A DNA stretch of 34,024 nucleotides from Candidatus Aerophobota bacterium (GCA_021162265.1 JAGGZA010000044.1:1-34024); one strand, 5' to 3'; shown: positions 1 through 8,674, counted from the stretch's first letter. The notes: generated by a model not told the origin, from the letters alone. Made by a program: numbers and translations.

Positions 1-229
1 CATTTAACCTGCCTGCTTGATATAACCTGTCAGCTCTTTCAAGACAAACTTCCCATTCCGGCTTGCTGGATGGACGGACAGAAAAGTGAAGAAAAATAAA
101 AGTACCTATACCCACGCTTATGCCCACTATCAAAGCTAATCTTAAAAAAATTTTATTTTTAAATGATAAAACCTTAAAGATAAGGGGAAATATATTAAAG
201 CGAATTTTATTGAGGAGTCTCATTTTCAT
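1..229 (-). CDS. 5' part of a membrane-anchored, possibly TPR-containing protein (runs off the window; not in the ORF track)
   Basis: Manual translation from ATG 229 (or 223) is open to the edge: MKMRLLNKIRFNIFPLIFKVLSFKNKIFLRLALIVGISVGIGTFIFLHFSVRPSSKPEWEVCLERADRLYQAGRLN. It has a basic N-terminus, a TM helix, then a TPR-like helix. The start overlaps the end of the 207..428 ORF. Confidence 0.65.
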   Translation of the reverse strand, partial: MKMRLLNKIRFNIFPLIFKVLSFKNKIFLRLALIVGISVGIGTFIFLHFSVRPSSKPEWEVCLERADRLYQAGRLN

Positions 230-428
230 ATTCGCAAAAAAGTTCTATTTTATTTCCGCAAGAACAGATGACCTCAATTATCCTGACTATATTTCCCTCT
301 TTCTTTAAGTTTATCTTCACTCCATTTTCCTCTTTCTTTTTCCCGGTATTTACCAGTAAAGGTCTGGTAGAAAAATTTAACTTTTCGCTTTTAATCACAG
401 TACAAATATCCTTTCTATCTTGCAGCAT
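207..428 (-). CDS. small hypothetical protein with C-terminal IEVICSCG...LFCEY motif
   Basis: 73-aa ORF overlapping both neighbours, suggesting translational coupling; CxC plus a third Cys. Confidence 0.6.
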   Translation of the reverse strand: MLQDRKDICTVIKSEKLNFSTRPLLVNTGKKKEENGVKINLKKEGNIVRIIEVICSCGNKIELFCEYENETPQ

Positions 429-795
429 GCTTTAACTCCGACCTTGAAGGAACAATTCTCAACATATTCTTCACTTCCAGTAAATTGAGAGGTTTTACAA
501 GATAACCAAACACACCAAGATTTTGAACCTTGTTTTTTATCTGGAGAGATGAATCTCCTGTTATAACAACAATGGGAAGCTGGGGATCCATCTCTTTAAT
601 AAGGGGAATTGCTTCGATACCATCCATTCCTCCCATATATATATCAAGAAAAAGAAGGTCAAACTTCTGTCTTAAAATTCTCCTTATAACCTCGCTCCCG
701 CTTTCCACAATCTCAACCTCACAACTCTCTTCTTCCAGCACCTTTCTTAAAAAACTCCTCATGAACATATCATCATCACCAATTAACACACGCAT
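415..795 (-). CDS. single-domain response regulator (REC)
   Basis: VLIGDDD, LLFLDIYM (phosphoacceptor Asp), VITG, LVKP. ATG at 795 follows an AGGAG RBS, so the track start at 819 is probably too long. Confidence 0.9.
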   Translation of the reverse strand: MRVLIGDDDMFMRSFLRKVLEEESCEVEIVESGSEVIRRILRQKFDLLFLDIYMGGMDGIEAIPLIKEMDPQLPIVVITGDSSLQIKNKVQNLGVFGYLVKPLNLLEVKNMLRIVPSRSELKHAAR

Positions 796-820
796 ACTTG
801 CTCCTTTTTTAGTTTTCAAA

Positions 821-838
821 TGGCAAAAAAAATGCCAA
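821..838 (-). promoter_or_regulatory. sigma54 (-24/-12) promoter
   Basis: Minus strand TTGGCATTTTTTTTGCCA = GG-N10-GC, about 25 nt upstream of ATG 795. Confidence 0.75.
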
Positions 839-922
839 AAATTATGGACAGTCCAAATCTCGCCAAACCAGGATTATACCTTATTAAGCTTAAAATTAAC
901 TTTTTATACAGGAAGGAGTTAA

Positions 923-940
923 TGTATTATTAAATATACA
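923..940. promoter_or_regulatory. palindromic candidate upstream activator sequence TGTAT-N8-ATACA (copy 1)
   Basis: TGTATTATTAAATATACA, about 85-100 bp upstream of the sigma54 promoter. Confidence 0.6.
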
Positions 941-1004
941 CAAAATTTACAATAAACTATATAAATTACTCTCATATAAAATAAATTTAAGGATTTATAC
1001 TATG

Positions 1005-1022
1005 TGTATTAAAAAGCATACA
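1005..1022. promoter_or_regulatory. palindromic candidate upstream activator sequence TGTAT-N8-ATACA (copy 2)
   Basis: TGTATTAAAAAGCATACA; same arms and spacing as copy 1. Confidence 0.6.
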
Positions 1023-1026
1023 TATG

Positions 1027-2439
1027 TTAGAAGTCAGGAGAGAGAACTTCTCTACTGTTTTTTCTATAAAGGGATAGGTCTATTTTGTACTGTCTTGTCT
1101 TCTGATAAATAAAAGACCTGGTAACTTTAGCCATCCTGGCTGCAGCTGTAACATTTCCTCTACATCTTATGAGCAGATCCTCTATGTATTTTTTTTCAAA
1201 TGAGTTTAAAAAGACTCTTTTTGCCTCCTCAAATGAAGAAAAAGAATCTTTCGCAAAACAGCCCCTGGAAGGCAATATCTTCCTGACCTCTCCCAGGGTA
1301 ATCAAGGATTTCCTGGACACAATTATCATCTTTATTACAGTAGACTCCAGCTCTCTTATATTGCCGGGCCAGGGATAATTAATAAGAAAATCATAAACCT
1401 CCTGCGATACCCCTTTGATGCTTTTGTTAAAATATCGACTGTGTTTTTTTAAGAAATGATTTACAAAAAGAGGAATATCTTCTTTGCGTTCTCTTAAAGG
1501 AGGAAGACTGATAAAAAAGGTATTTATCCTGTAATAAAGGTCTGCAAGGAATCTTCCCTCTCTTACCTCTTTCTCCAGATTTTTATTAGTTGCCACTATA
1601 AGCCTTACATTGCATTTGACGGGAGCAATTCCTCCTACGGGGATAAATTCTTTATTTTCAATTATCCGTAAGAGTTTAGCCTGAGTATTGGTACTGGTCT
1701 GTGCTATTTCATCCAGAAGCAAAGTTCCACCCTCAGCTGCGGAGAAAAGACCTATCTTCTTGGTATCAGCTCCAGTAAAAGCTCCCCTTTCGTAACCAAA
1801 AAGTTCGCTTTCCATTATAGATTCGCATAGAGCAGCACAGTTTAACCTCAGAAATGGCTCTTTCTGGCGCCTGCTTAATCCATGAATAATAGAAGCAATC
1901 ATTTCCTTTCCTGTACCGCTTTCACCTTTAATGAGTACAGTAAGATCTGTAGGAGCAATCTCTTTAAGAAGATTAAATATCTCTCTCATCCTGGGATTTT
2001 CCCCGAGTATAAAATCAGAGGGTAAAGTAAAACCCGAAGAATAATCCTTTTCAAAGCTTTCTCTCCTGTTATCCCTTAAGGCTTTTCTGATAAGAATCTT
2101 CAGCTCATCAATAACAAAAGGTTTTTTAATATAATCATAAGCCCCTTCTTTTATAAACATCAAGTTTTTCTCAACCTCGCCAGGGTCCTTTGAGGAAAAG
2201 ACTATAACAGGTACAGAAGGATATATCTTCTTGATTTTTCTAAAAAGATCACGACTTCCCATATCAACTTTTTCAAGATTGAAAAGAATAAGAGAAGGAA
2301 AGAGCTTTTTTCTTAAAGTCTCAATTATCACGGGTACTTTTTTAACTTTGAGCCCTTCCTCCTCTAAGGAATGATTTAACTTTGAGGAATCATCTTCGGG
2401 AAAGTTAACTAACAAAACTATCCGGCTTTCCTGCATCAA
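1027..2439 (-). CDS. sigma54-dependent enhancer-binding protein (degenerate REC - AAA+ - Fis HTH), NtrC/FleQ family
   Basis: Walker A GESGTGKE, ESELFGYERGAFTGA, Walker B LLLDEI, WPGNIREL, C-terminal GNVTAAARMAKVTRSFIY. Confidence 0.93.
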   Translation of the reverse strand: MMQESRIVLLVNFPEDDSSKLNHSLEEEGLKVKKVPVIIETLRKKLFPSLILFNLEKVDMGSRDLFRKIKKIYPSVPVIVFSSKDPGEVEKNLMFIKEGAYDYIKKPFVIDELKILIRKALRDNRRESFEKDYSSGFTLPSDFILGENPRMREIFNLLKEIAPTDLTVLIKGESGTGKEMIASIIHGLSRRQKEPFLRLNCAALCESIMESELFGYERGAFTGADTKKIGLFSAAEGGTLLLDEIAQTSTNTQAKLLRIIENKEFIPVGGIAPVKCNVRLIVATNKNLEKEVREGRFLADLYYRINTFFISLPPLRERKEDIPLFVNHFLKKHSRYFNKSIKGVSQEVYDFLINYPWPGNIRELESTVIKMIIVSRKSLITLGEVRKILPSRGCFAKDSFSSFEEAKRVFLNSFEKKYIEDLLIRCRGNVTAAARMAKVTRSFIYQKTRQYKIDLSLYRKNSREVLSPDF

Positions 2440-2547
2440 TACTACTCCTCAAGCCGTACTCCTCGAGCCCTTACCACCTAACCTGTTAACTCATCGCTAT
2501 ACCCATTATCTTTGACCTGTTATCCCAACCTGATTAATTTTAATGAG

Positions 2548-4182
2548 TTACTTTTGCACTCTCTTGCGAAATTTCTCTTTTAATTTACCAAAAAGTTTTT
2601 CTCTGTCAAACTTAGCCGAGAATTTCTTGCTCTGAAACTTTCTTTTCAAAATCAGACAGAAAATTCTCGTTATAAGGGGATCAAATTGAGTCCCTGAGCC
2701 ATTTATCAATTCTTTTATTGCCTCTTGAACAGTTAAAGCTCGACGATAAGGACGCTCTGAAACCATAGCATCAAAAGCGTCAGCAACACTTAATATCCTT
2801 GCTAAAAGAGGAATCTCCTCTCCTTTAAGCCCATCAGGATAACCTTTCCCATCGTATCTTTCATGATGATGGTAGATAAGAGCCAAACCTTCCTTTAAAA
2901 ATTTCACCTTTTCAACTATCCTCTTCCCGATTACAGGATGCTTTTTTATTATCTCATATTCTCTTTTGCTCAATCCGGAGGGTTTGTTAAGTAAATTATC
3001 ACTTATTCCTATTTTTCCTATATCATGTAAAAGCCCACAAAATCTAATCATCTCCATCTCTTTGCTGGAAAGCCCAAGGTACCTTCCTATTTCAAGAGAG
3101 TATTTTGTTACCCTTCGGGAGTGTCCTGAAGTGTATGAGTCCTTTGCCTCTATTGCCTGAACAAGTGCCTCTATAGTACTGAGAAAGGATTTTCTAAGGT
3201 CATTGTACAAAAGTTTGTTCTTAATTATCACAGTTGTATAGCTTGCCATTACAAGCAGAAAATTAAGGTCATCTCTGGTATAAAATGGCTTTTTTTCAAC
3301 CGTATCGCATAAAGTTAGCACCCCCAGTTTATCTTTTCTAATCTTTAAGGGAACGCTTATGAGATTTTTTGGTTTAAACCCATTAAACTCACCACAATTC
3401 TTAAAACGAATGTCTTTATCGTAATCATCAACTATAAGAGGCTTCCCGGTAGAAATTACATAACTCATAGCCCCTTTATTTAAAGAAAAGTGACATCCTT
3501 TAATTTTAGATAGAGGGATATTTAAACTCACCCATGGAGAAAGTTTTTCTCTTCTCTGGTCAACTTTAAGCAAAAAACCAAATTGGCTTTGAGTTGCCAT
3601 AAGAGCCAGCTTAAGAATGGGTTCTAAGATATCTTTCAGCTCCTTATTAGATTCAACTCCCTCATATACCTTTGAAAAAATATACTGCTCCTCTCTCTGA
3701 CGGGAAAGCCTCCTGCTGAGTAAATAATTATCTATAATAAGAGCTGTCTGACCTGCAAGGAAGGTAAGTAGCTTTAAAATAGATTCTTCAAAAAAACTCT
3801 GATTCTCTGAGCAAAGAACAAAAACTATCCCCACCTTCCTGTTCTTCCCTACCTTAAAAGGAACAGCAAGAAGCCTTTTCTGCAAGACATCAATACTTTC
3901 TTGAGAGGGAAGAAAAGTGGGAACACCCTTATCAAGTATCCAGTCCACAACTCCCTCTTCCATCAACCCTTCAATCTCCTCAATATACTTATGGTGAAAG
4001 TTATGTGCCTTGACTAATTCAAACTGCTCTAAATTATCGTTAAAAATAAAAATAACCCATCCTTCGTAATCAATGACCTTCCTGAATAAGTGAAGCAACT
4101 TCTCACATGTTTTTCCCGGTTCGCCACCTAAAAAATTTATCTCCTGCAGATATTGCAGGATTTCATCTTTTTTTATCATCAT
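2548..4182 (-). CDS. GAF-GAF-HD-GYP protein, probable cyclic dinucleotide phosphodiesterase
   Basis: GHSRRV, LLHDIGK, HHHERYDGKGYPDGL, ADAFDAM..RPYR; two GAF-like segments (LLAVPFKV, LISVPLKI...LGVLTL). Confidence 0.9.
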   Translation of the reverse strand: MMIKKDEILQYLQEINFLGGEPGKTCEKLLHLFRKVIDYEGWVIFIFNDNLEQFELVKAHNFHHKYIEEIEGLMEEGVVDWILDKGVPTFLPSQESIDVLQKRLLAVPFKVGKNRKVGIVFVLCSENQSFFEESILKLLTFLAGQTALIIDNYLLSRRLSRQREEQYIFSKVYEGVESNKELKDILEPILKLALMATQSQFGFLLKVDQRREKLSPWVSLNIPLSKIKGCHFSLNKGAMSYVISTGKPLIVDDYDKDIRFKNCGEFNGFKPKNLISVPLKIRKDKLGVLTLCDTVEKKPFYTRDDLNFLLVMASYTTVIIKNKLLYNDLRKSFLSTIEALVQAIEAKDSYTSGHSRRVTKYSLEIGRYLGLSSKEMEMIRFCGLLHDIGKIGISDNLLNKPSGLSKREYEIIKKHPVIGKRIVEKVKFLKEGLALIYHHHERYDGKGYPDGLKGEEIPLLARILSVADAFDAMVSERPYRRALTVQEAIKELINGSGTQFDPLITRIFCLILKRKFQSKKFSAKFDREKLFGKLKEKFRKRVQK

Positions 4183-4193
4183 CTTCTTCTTTT

Positions 4194-5078
4194 TTACCCA
4201 ATAATATTAAACAGGGGTTTTGCTCTCTCTATTTCTTCTTCTAAGAGAGCATTAAAATAGTCAAGATGAGAACTATCAAGATCTGGACGAAGGGATTGCA
4301 GGATTCTCCATACCCCGGGGTGAGGATAAAAGACCTCTCCATCGCCACTCCACCCTACCGCTCTCATCCGGACAAGCACATCTGATAAATGAACCACAGC
4401 ACATAAGGGAGGATTTATCCTTGCCTCAGAGGGAAAATGGTGAAATTTAATAACTTCCTCAATTTCCTGAGGAAAATTCCATTGATGGGCAAGCCATCCC
4501 CCTATCTCAGCGTGAGTAACACCCAGGACATTTTTCTCTGCCTGATAAAAAGAAATATTTCGAGAGGAGACCTCCTGCATAACTTTCTCAAAAAGGTCTC
4601 TTGCGTATTGGCTTAAGAGTATTTTACCAATATCATGGACAAGAGCTGCCACAAATACCTTCCCTGATACCCGATATCTAAAGAACTTAGCCAGCATTCT
4701 TGCCGCTACAGCACAACCAAGGGAATGCTTCCAAAAATCACGATAGTTAAAGGAAGGAGAATTCTTAGTTGGAGGGAAGCTACGCAAAACAGAAATAGTA
4801 AAGGTAATATTTCTTATCTCGTTAAAACCAAGAATAACAAGGGCATGCTTAACTGTGCTTATCTGGCGAGGAAAGCCATAATAAGAGGAGTTAACCAGTT
4901 TAAGTACAGCCGTAGTCAAAGACTGGTCACTACATATCACATCAGCAATTTTCTGTACGGGAGTTTGAGGATTATGTAAAAGCTCCATTACACGTGAGGC
5001 AACAACTGGCAATGTAGGAAGAGCAGAAATATGACTTATCACGCTCCTCAATCTTTGAGAAAATTTTTTATCTTGCAT
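4194..5078 (-). CDS. HDOD domain protein
   Basis: LPTLP...DQSLTTAVLKLVNSSYYG...ALVILG, FWKHS, LVHDIGK, HAEIGGWLAHQWNFP. Confidence 0.9.
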   Translation of the reverse strand: MQDKKFSQRLRSVISHISALPTLPVVASRVMELLHNPQTPVQKIADVICSDQSLTTAVLKLVNSSYYGFPRQISTVKHALVILGFNEIRNITFTISVLRSFPPTKNSPSFNYRDFWKHSLGCAVAARMLAKFFRYRVSGKVFVAALVHDIGKILLSQYARDLFEKVMQEVSSRNISFYQAEKNVLGVTHAEIGGWLAHQWNFPQEIEEVIKFHHFPSEARINPPLCAVVHLSDVLVRMRAVGWSGDGEVFYPHPGVWRILQSLRPDLDSSHLDYFNALLEEEIERAKPLFNIIG

Positions 5079-5194
5079 ATAATTGTGAGCTTTTCATATT
5101 TTGTTTAATTATATCCGAAGCAGCTTTTTCATCAAGGTCCACTATCCATAATAATAACCATCTTTACCCCTCAATTTATTTTTTATTTCTTAAT

Positions 5195-5222
5195 TTATCG
5201 GCAAGGAAGTGAAAAAGCTTTA
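5195..5222 (-). promoter_or_regulatory. sigma28 (FliA/SigD) promoter upstream of the HDOD gene
   Basis: Minus strand TAAA-N16-GCCGATAA. Confidence 0.8.
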
Positions 5223-5237
5223 ATTTTAGGATGGAAC

Positions 5238-5513
5238 CTACTCATGTAAAATAACTTCTGCAGTTTTCCCCTCAGCTAAATTTCCTTTTAAATACCACTG
5301 AAGCTTTACCTTATTGCGGGAATAGCAAAAGGGACAGGGAACAACTGGATTATCAACGCCCACCTGGACCTGTCTTTTAAAAAAAGAGCCGCAAACACTG
5401 CATCTTAAAGGAAGAATTATTGTAAACGTAAAATTTCCATTTTTTAACCTATGAGAGTGAATTTTAGCTTTTAATCTGTAAACTCTTTGTCTTAACTTTC
5501 CTTTGTTTTGCAT
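5238..5513 (-). CDS. small basic putative zinc-ribbon protein
   Basis: CSVC ... CPFC pair; starts 15 nt after the previous gene's stop. Confidence 0.55.
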   Translation of the reverse strand: MQNKGKLRQRVYRLKAKIHSHRLKNGNFTFTIILPLRCSVCGSFFKRQVQVGVDNPVVPCPFCYSRNKVKLQWYLKGNLAEGKTAEVILHE

Positions 5514-5528
5514 AATTTTTTACCTTTA

Positions 5529-6545
5529 TCAAAGGATTCTTTCTCTTCTTAAAAGCTCTTTTAACTTTTCCTCCTCAAGAGGTTTTGCCTTCTTAGAAAA
5601 TAACCCTTCAAAATTAAATTTTGACAAATTGTCAACAAATTGCTTCCTTTCTTTAAATCCAGAGAAAATCTGTGGTAAAATAACCACCATGTCTTCCATT
5701 TCATAGGCACATTCTACCTCGCTCTCTGTTAAAAGATCCTCGTATAATTTTTCTCCGGCTCTTTTTCCGACTATTCTTATCTTCACTTCCCCGCTGTTAT
5801 AACCATCCTCCTTAACTTTCTCAATTATCGCCTTTGCTAAATTACCAAGGCGTATAAGAGGGGCCTTGAATACAAATATCTCTCCTCCCTGAGCCATACT
5901 ACCAGCCTTAAGGATAAGATTTGCTACCTTAGATTTACCTATCATAAATCTCATCATGTCAGGGTCTGTAACTTTTACCACACCAGTTGACCTTATCTGC
6001 TCTTTAAAAAGGGGAACAACTGACCCTCTTGAATTTAACACATTACCAAACCTAACACAGGAAAATGCTGTTTTTTTGTGAAGATTAGCAACTAAGGTAA
6101 GTCTTTCGGATATCAATTTTGTAGCTCCCATAACACTTTCAGGATTTGCTGCCTTGTTGGTACTCACAGTAATAAACTTTTCTATTTTCTCATTTATCGC
6201 ACTTTCTATTAGATTTTGCGTACCAATAATGTTTGTTTTTACCGCTTCAAAGGGGCTTAATTCGCACAAAGGAACATGTTTTAAAGCAGCAGTGTGAAAC
6301 ACGAAATCAACACCCCTTACTGCTTTATTAATTCTTTCTCCATCCCTTATATCCCCGAAGAATATCTGAATCCTGGATGATGCCATTTTTTCCTTTAATT
6401 CAAAAAGGGCCGTCTCGTTGTTATCAAGAGCTCTAACAAAATGCACTCCGCACCGTAGAAGTTCTCTTACAATTTCACTACCAATCGACCCTGCAGCACC
6501 TGTCACCAGAACATTCCTTCCTGCATAGTATTCCTTCAAGTCCAT
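5529..6545 (-). CDS. NDP-sugar 4,6-dehydratase-like SDR (CapD/Polysacc_synt_2 family), atypical active site
   Basis: VTGAAGSIG, HTAALKHVP, STNKA, MGATK, VRFGNVLNSRGSV, RAGEKLYE. Confidence 0.88.
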   Translation of the reverse strand: MDLKEYYAGRNVLVTGAAGSIGSEIVRELLRCGVHFVRALDNNETALFELKEKMASSRIQIFFGDIRDGERINKAVRGVDFVFHTAALKHVPLCELSPFEAVKTNIIGTQNLIESAINEKIEKFITVSTNKAANPESVMGATKLISERLTLVANLHKKTAFSCVRFGNVLNSRGSVVPLFKEQIRSTGVVKVTDPDMMRFMIGKSKVANLILKAGSMAQGGEIFVFKAPLIRLGNLAKAIIEKVKEDGYNSGEVKIRIVGKRAGEKLYEDLLTESEVECAYEMEDMVVILPQIFSGFKERKQFVDNLSKFNFEGLFSKKAKPLEEEKLKELLRRERIL

Positions 6546-6548
6546 TCT

Positions 6549-7691
6549 TTATCCCCTTACAAAAAACCTTTTAATTCCCTCAACTATCCTGATCACTTCT
6601 TCCCGAGCAATCTGAGGATAAAAAGGAAGTGTTAAAATCTCATTTGAAACCGTCTCTGTAACAGGAAGACTGCATCTGTACCCAAGTTTTTCTCTATAAA
6701 AGTATGTTAGGTGGACAGGTTTAAAGTAAATCTTTGTCATAATCTTTTCTTTTGAAAGATACTCCATTAATTTGTCTCTTTTTCCTTCCTTGACTCTCAC
6801 AGAAAAAAGTTGATAGACACAAAAGTAATCCTCCGGTGGCAGGATGGTCTCCACTCTGTCTACCTCTTTTAATTTTTTTAAGAAAAATTCTGCCATCTTT
6901 CTTCTCTTATTTATAATATCTCCAACCTTTTTAATCTGAGAGATACCCAGAGAGGCAACTATTTCTGACATTCTAAAGTTATACCCAAGGTCAATATACT
7001 CAGGGGACTTATTAGAAGAAAAATAATTTTCATCTTCACGCCTTCCATGTGATCTTAACAGGAGAAATTTGTTATAAATTTCCCTTGAGTTAGTTACCGC
7101 ACACCCTCCTTCTCCTGTTGTTATAATCTTATTCTGACAGAAGCTAAATACTCCTGCATCTCCAAAAGTCCCTACTTTTCTCCCTCTGATTTCTGCGCCA
7201 AAAGCTTCTGCTGCATCCTCAACCATCAAAAGTCCATATTCTTTAGCAATCTCTCTTAGCTCTTCCACCTTGCAGGGAATACCCCCATAGTGAACCGCGA
7301 TAATTGCTTTTGTTCTTTTGCTTATATTTCTCTCTACATCTTCTGGATCAAGCCCCAGAGTGTCCTCCTCTATATCTGCAAAAACAGGCTTTGCACCAAC
7401 AAAAAGAGGAGCATTACAGGTTGAAACAAATGTAAATGAAGGTACTATCACCTCATCTCCCCTTCCTATATCATAAGCCAGTAGTACTGCATGCAGAGCT
7501 GATGTTCCTGAATTAAAGCAAACACAGTACTTTGTTCCCACATAATCAGCAATCATAGCCTCAAATTTTTTAACTGCAGGACCAGCTGTCCACATCATAC
7601 CCTTCCTTATAACATCACTTACTGCTTCAATATCTTCCTTATCCCAGTAAATTTTAAAAAGGGGAATATCCCAATTCATCGCTTTTCTCAT
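6549..7691 (-). CDS. DegT/DnrJ/EryC1/StrS PLP sugar aminotransferase (LegC/PseC-like)
   Basis: NSGTSALH, EDAAEAFG, SFCQNKIITTGEGG (PLP Lys), GYNFRMSE. Confidence 0.92.
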   Translation of the reverse strand: MRKAMNWDIPLFKIYWDKEDIEAVSDVIRKGMMWTAGPAVKKFEAMIADYVGTKYCVCFNSGTSALHAVLLAYDIGRGDEVIVPSFTFVSTCNAPLFVGAKPVFADIEEDTLGLDPEDVERNISKRTKAIIAVHYGGIPCKVEELREIAKEYGLLMVEDAAEAFGAEIRGRKVGTFGDAGVFSFCQNKIITTGEGGCAVTNSREIYNKFLLLRSHGRREDENYFSSNKSPEYIDLGYNFRMSEIVASLGISQIKKVGDIINKRRKMAEFFLKKLKEVDRVETILPPEDYFCVYQLFSVRVKEGKRDKLMEYLSKEKIMTKIYFKPVHLTYFYREKLGYRCSLPVTETVSNEILTLPFYPQIAREEVIRIVEGIKRFFVRG

Positions 7692-8674
7692 GAACTAATA
7701 CCTCTCAAAAAATTTTTTATGTCCTCTCCTCTAACATAAATATCCTCAAAATATCGGGTTACATATAGTTCTTCGTCTTTTTCCTGTTTAAAGGAAACAT
7801 TAATTTTTTCTCCTGCGAGCATTCTCACAGCGAGACTGTGAAAGTTAGGTCCAGTTGAACTCGAAAAAGACATCGTCCCTGATATCCGGGGATTCACCTC
7901 TGTTAGCTTGGGAACGCCATTCTTGTCCTCTTTTGCCTGAAAGAAAAAAGGACCACAGAATTTAATACTTTCAGAAACTTTCAGGGCAATACACTCCAGA
8001 GCTTCACTTTTGACAATCTTCCCTTTTACCGATATCCCTGCCCTGGTCTCCATACGTTCTCTTGAGATATGAAAGAGGAGACTACCCTTTCTGTCAGCAA
8101 AGCAATCAACTGTATATTCTCTTCCCTCAAGGTACTCCTGAATTATAGGGTTAGAAACCCTCCTGTAGAAAAAATCAAGCTCCTCCTTGTTTGAAACTTT
8201 ATAAACATCTCTTGAGCCTGAGCCATCTCTTGGCTTTATTATAAGGGGAAAACCTATGTCAATATCCTCTTTTTTGAGAAAGGAGAGGGGCAGGGAAACA
8301 ACTTCTCTCAATTTCAAATAGGTCTTCCACTTATCTCTTGTGATGCTTATCGTTTCAGGAGAGGAAACAAGAACCCTCACGCCTATTTTCTCGAACTCTT
8401 CTTTTTTAATGGAAAAATCATATAGAATAGTGTCAAGTGCAGGCAAAATCACATTTATTTTTTCCTTGCGGCAGATTTCTTTTAATGTGGGGAAAAATAA
8501 ATCATCACTAAAAGGTGGTACAAGATATCCCTGATGAGAAAGATAAAGTCCTGGAGCAAGCCTGTCCCTATCTGCAGAAATTATCTTTATCTTTTTGTCC
8601 TTTTTCAAGCTTTTTATAGCTGCAACTGCCATACCAGAGCCTGCAGGAACAATCAATACCTTATATTTTTTCAT
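7688..8674 (-). CDS. ATP-grasp ligase (carbamoyl-phosphate-synthase-like)
   Basis: DKWKTY, LIIKPRDGSGSRDV, IIQEYLEGREYTVD, EVNPRISG. Confidence 0.88.
   Translation of the reverse strand: MKKYKVLIVPAGSGMAVAAIKSLKKDKKIKIISADRDRLAPGLYLSHQGYLVPPFSDDLFFPTLKEICRKEKINVILPALDTILYDFSIKKEEFEKIGVRVLVSSPETISITRDKWKTYLKLREVVSLPLSFLKKEDIDIGFPLIIKPRDGSGSRDVYKVSNKEELDFFYRRVSNPIIQEYLEGREYTVDCFADRKGSLLFHISRERMETRAGISVKGKIVKSEALECIALKVSESIKFCGPFFFQAKEDKNGVPKLTEVNPRISGTMSFSSSTGPNFHSLAVRMLAGEKINVSFKQEKDEELYVTRYFEDIYVRGEDIKNFLRGISS

Noticed and set aside
1-130. Possible c-di-GMP riboswitch or leader RNA at the left edge
   Set aside because: No GEMM consensus seen; the region is an open minus-strand frame encoding a TM protein
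120-922. Plus-strand ORFs 120..308 and 530..922, and the other short track ORFs nested in or antisense to called genes
   Set aside because: They overlap well-supported minus-strand genes and have no motifs
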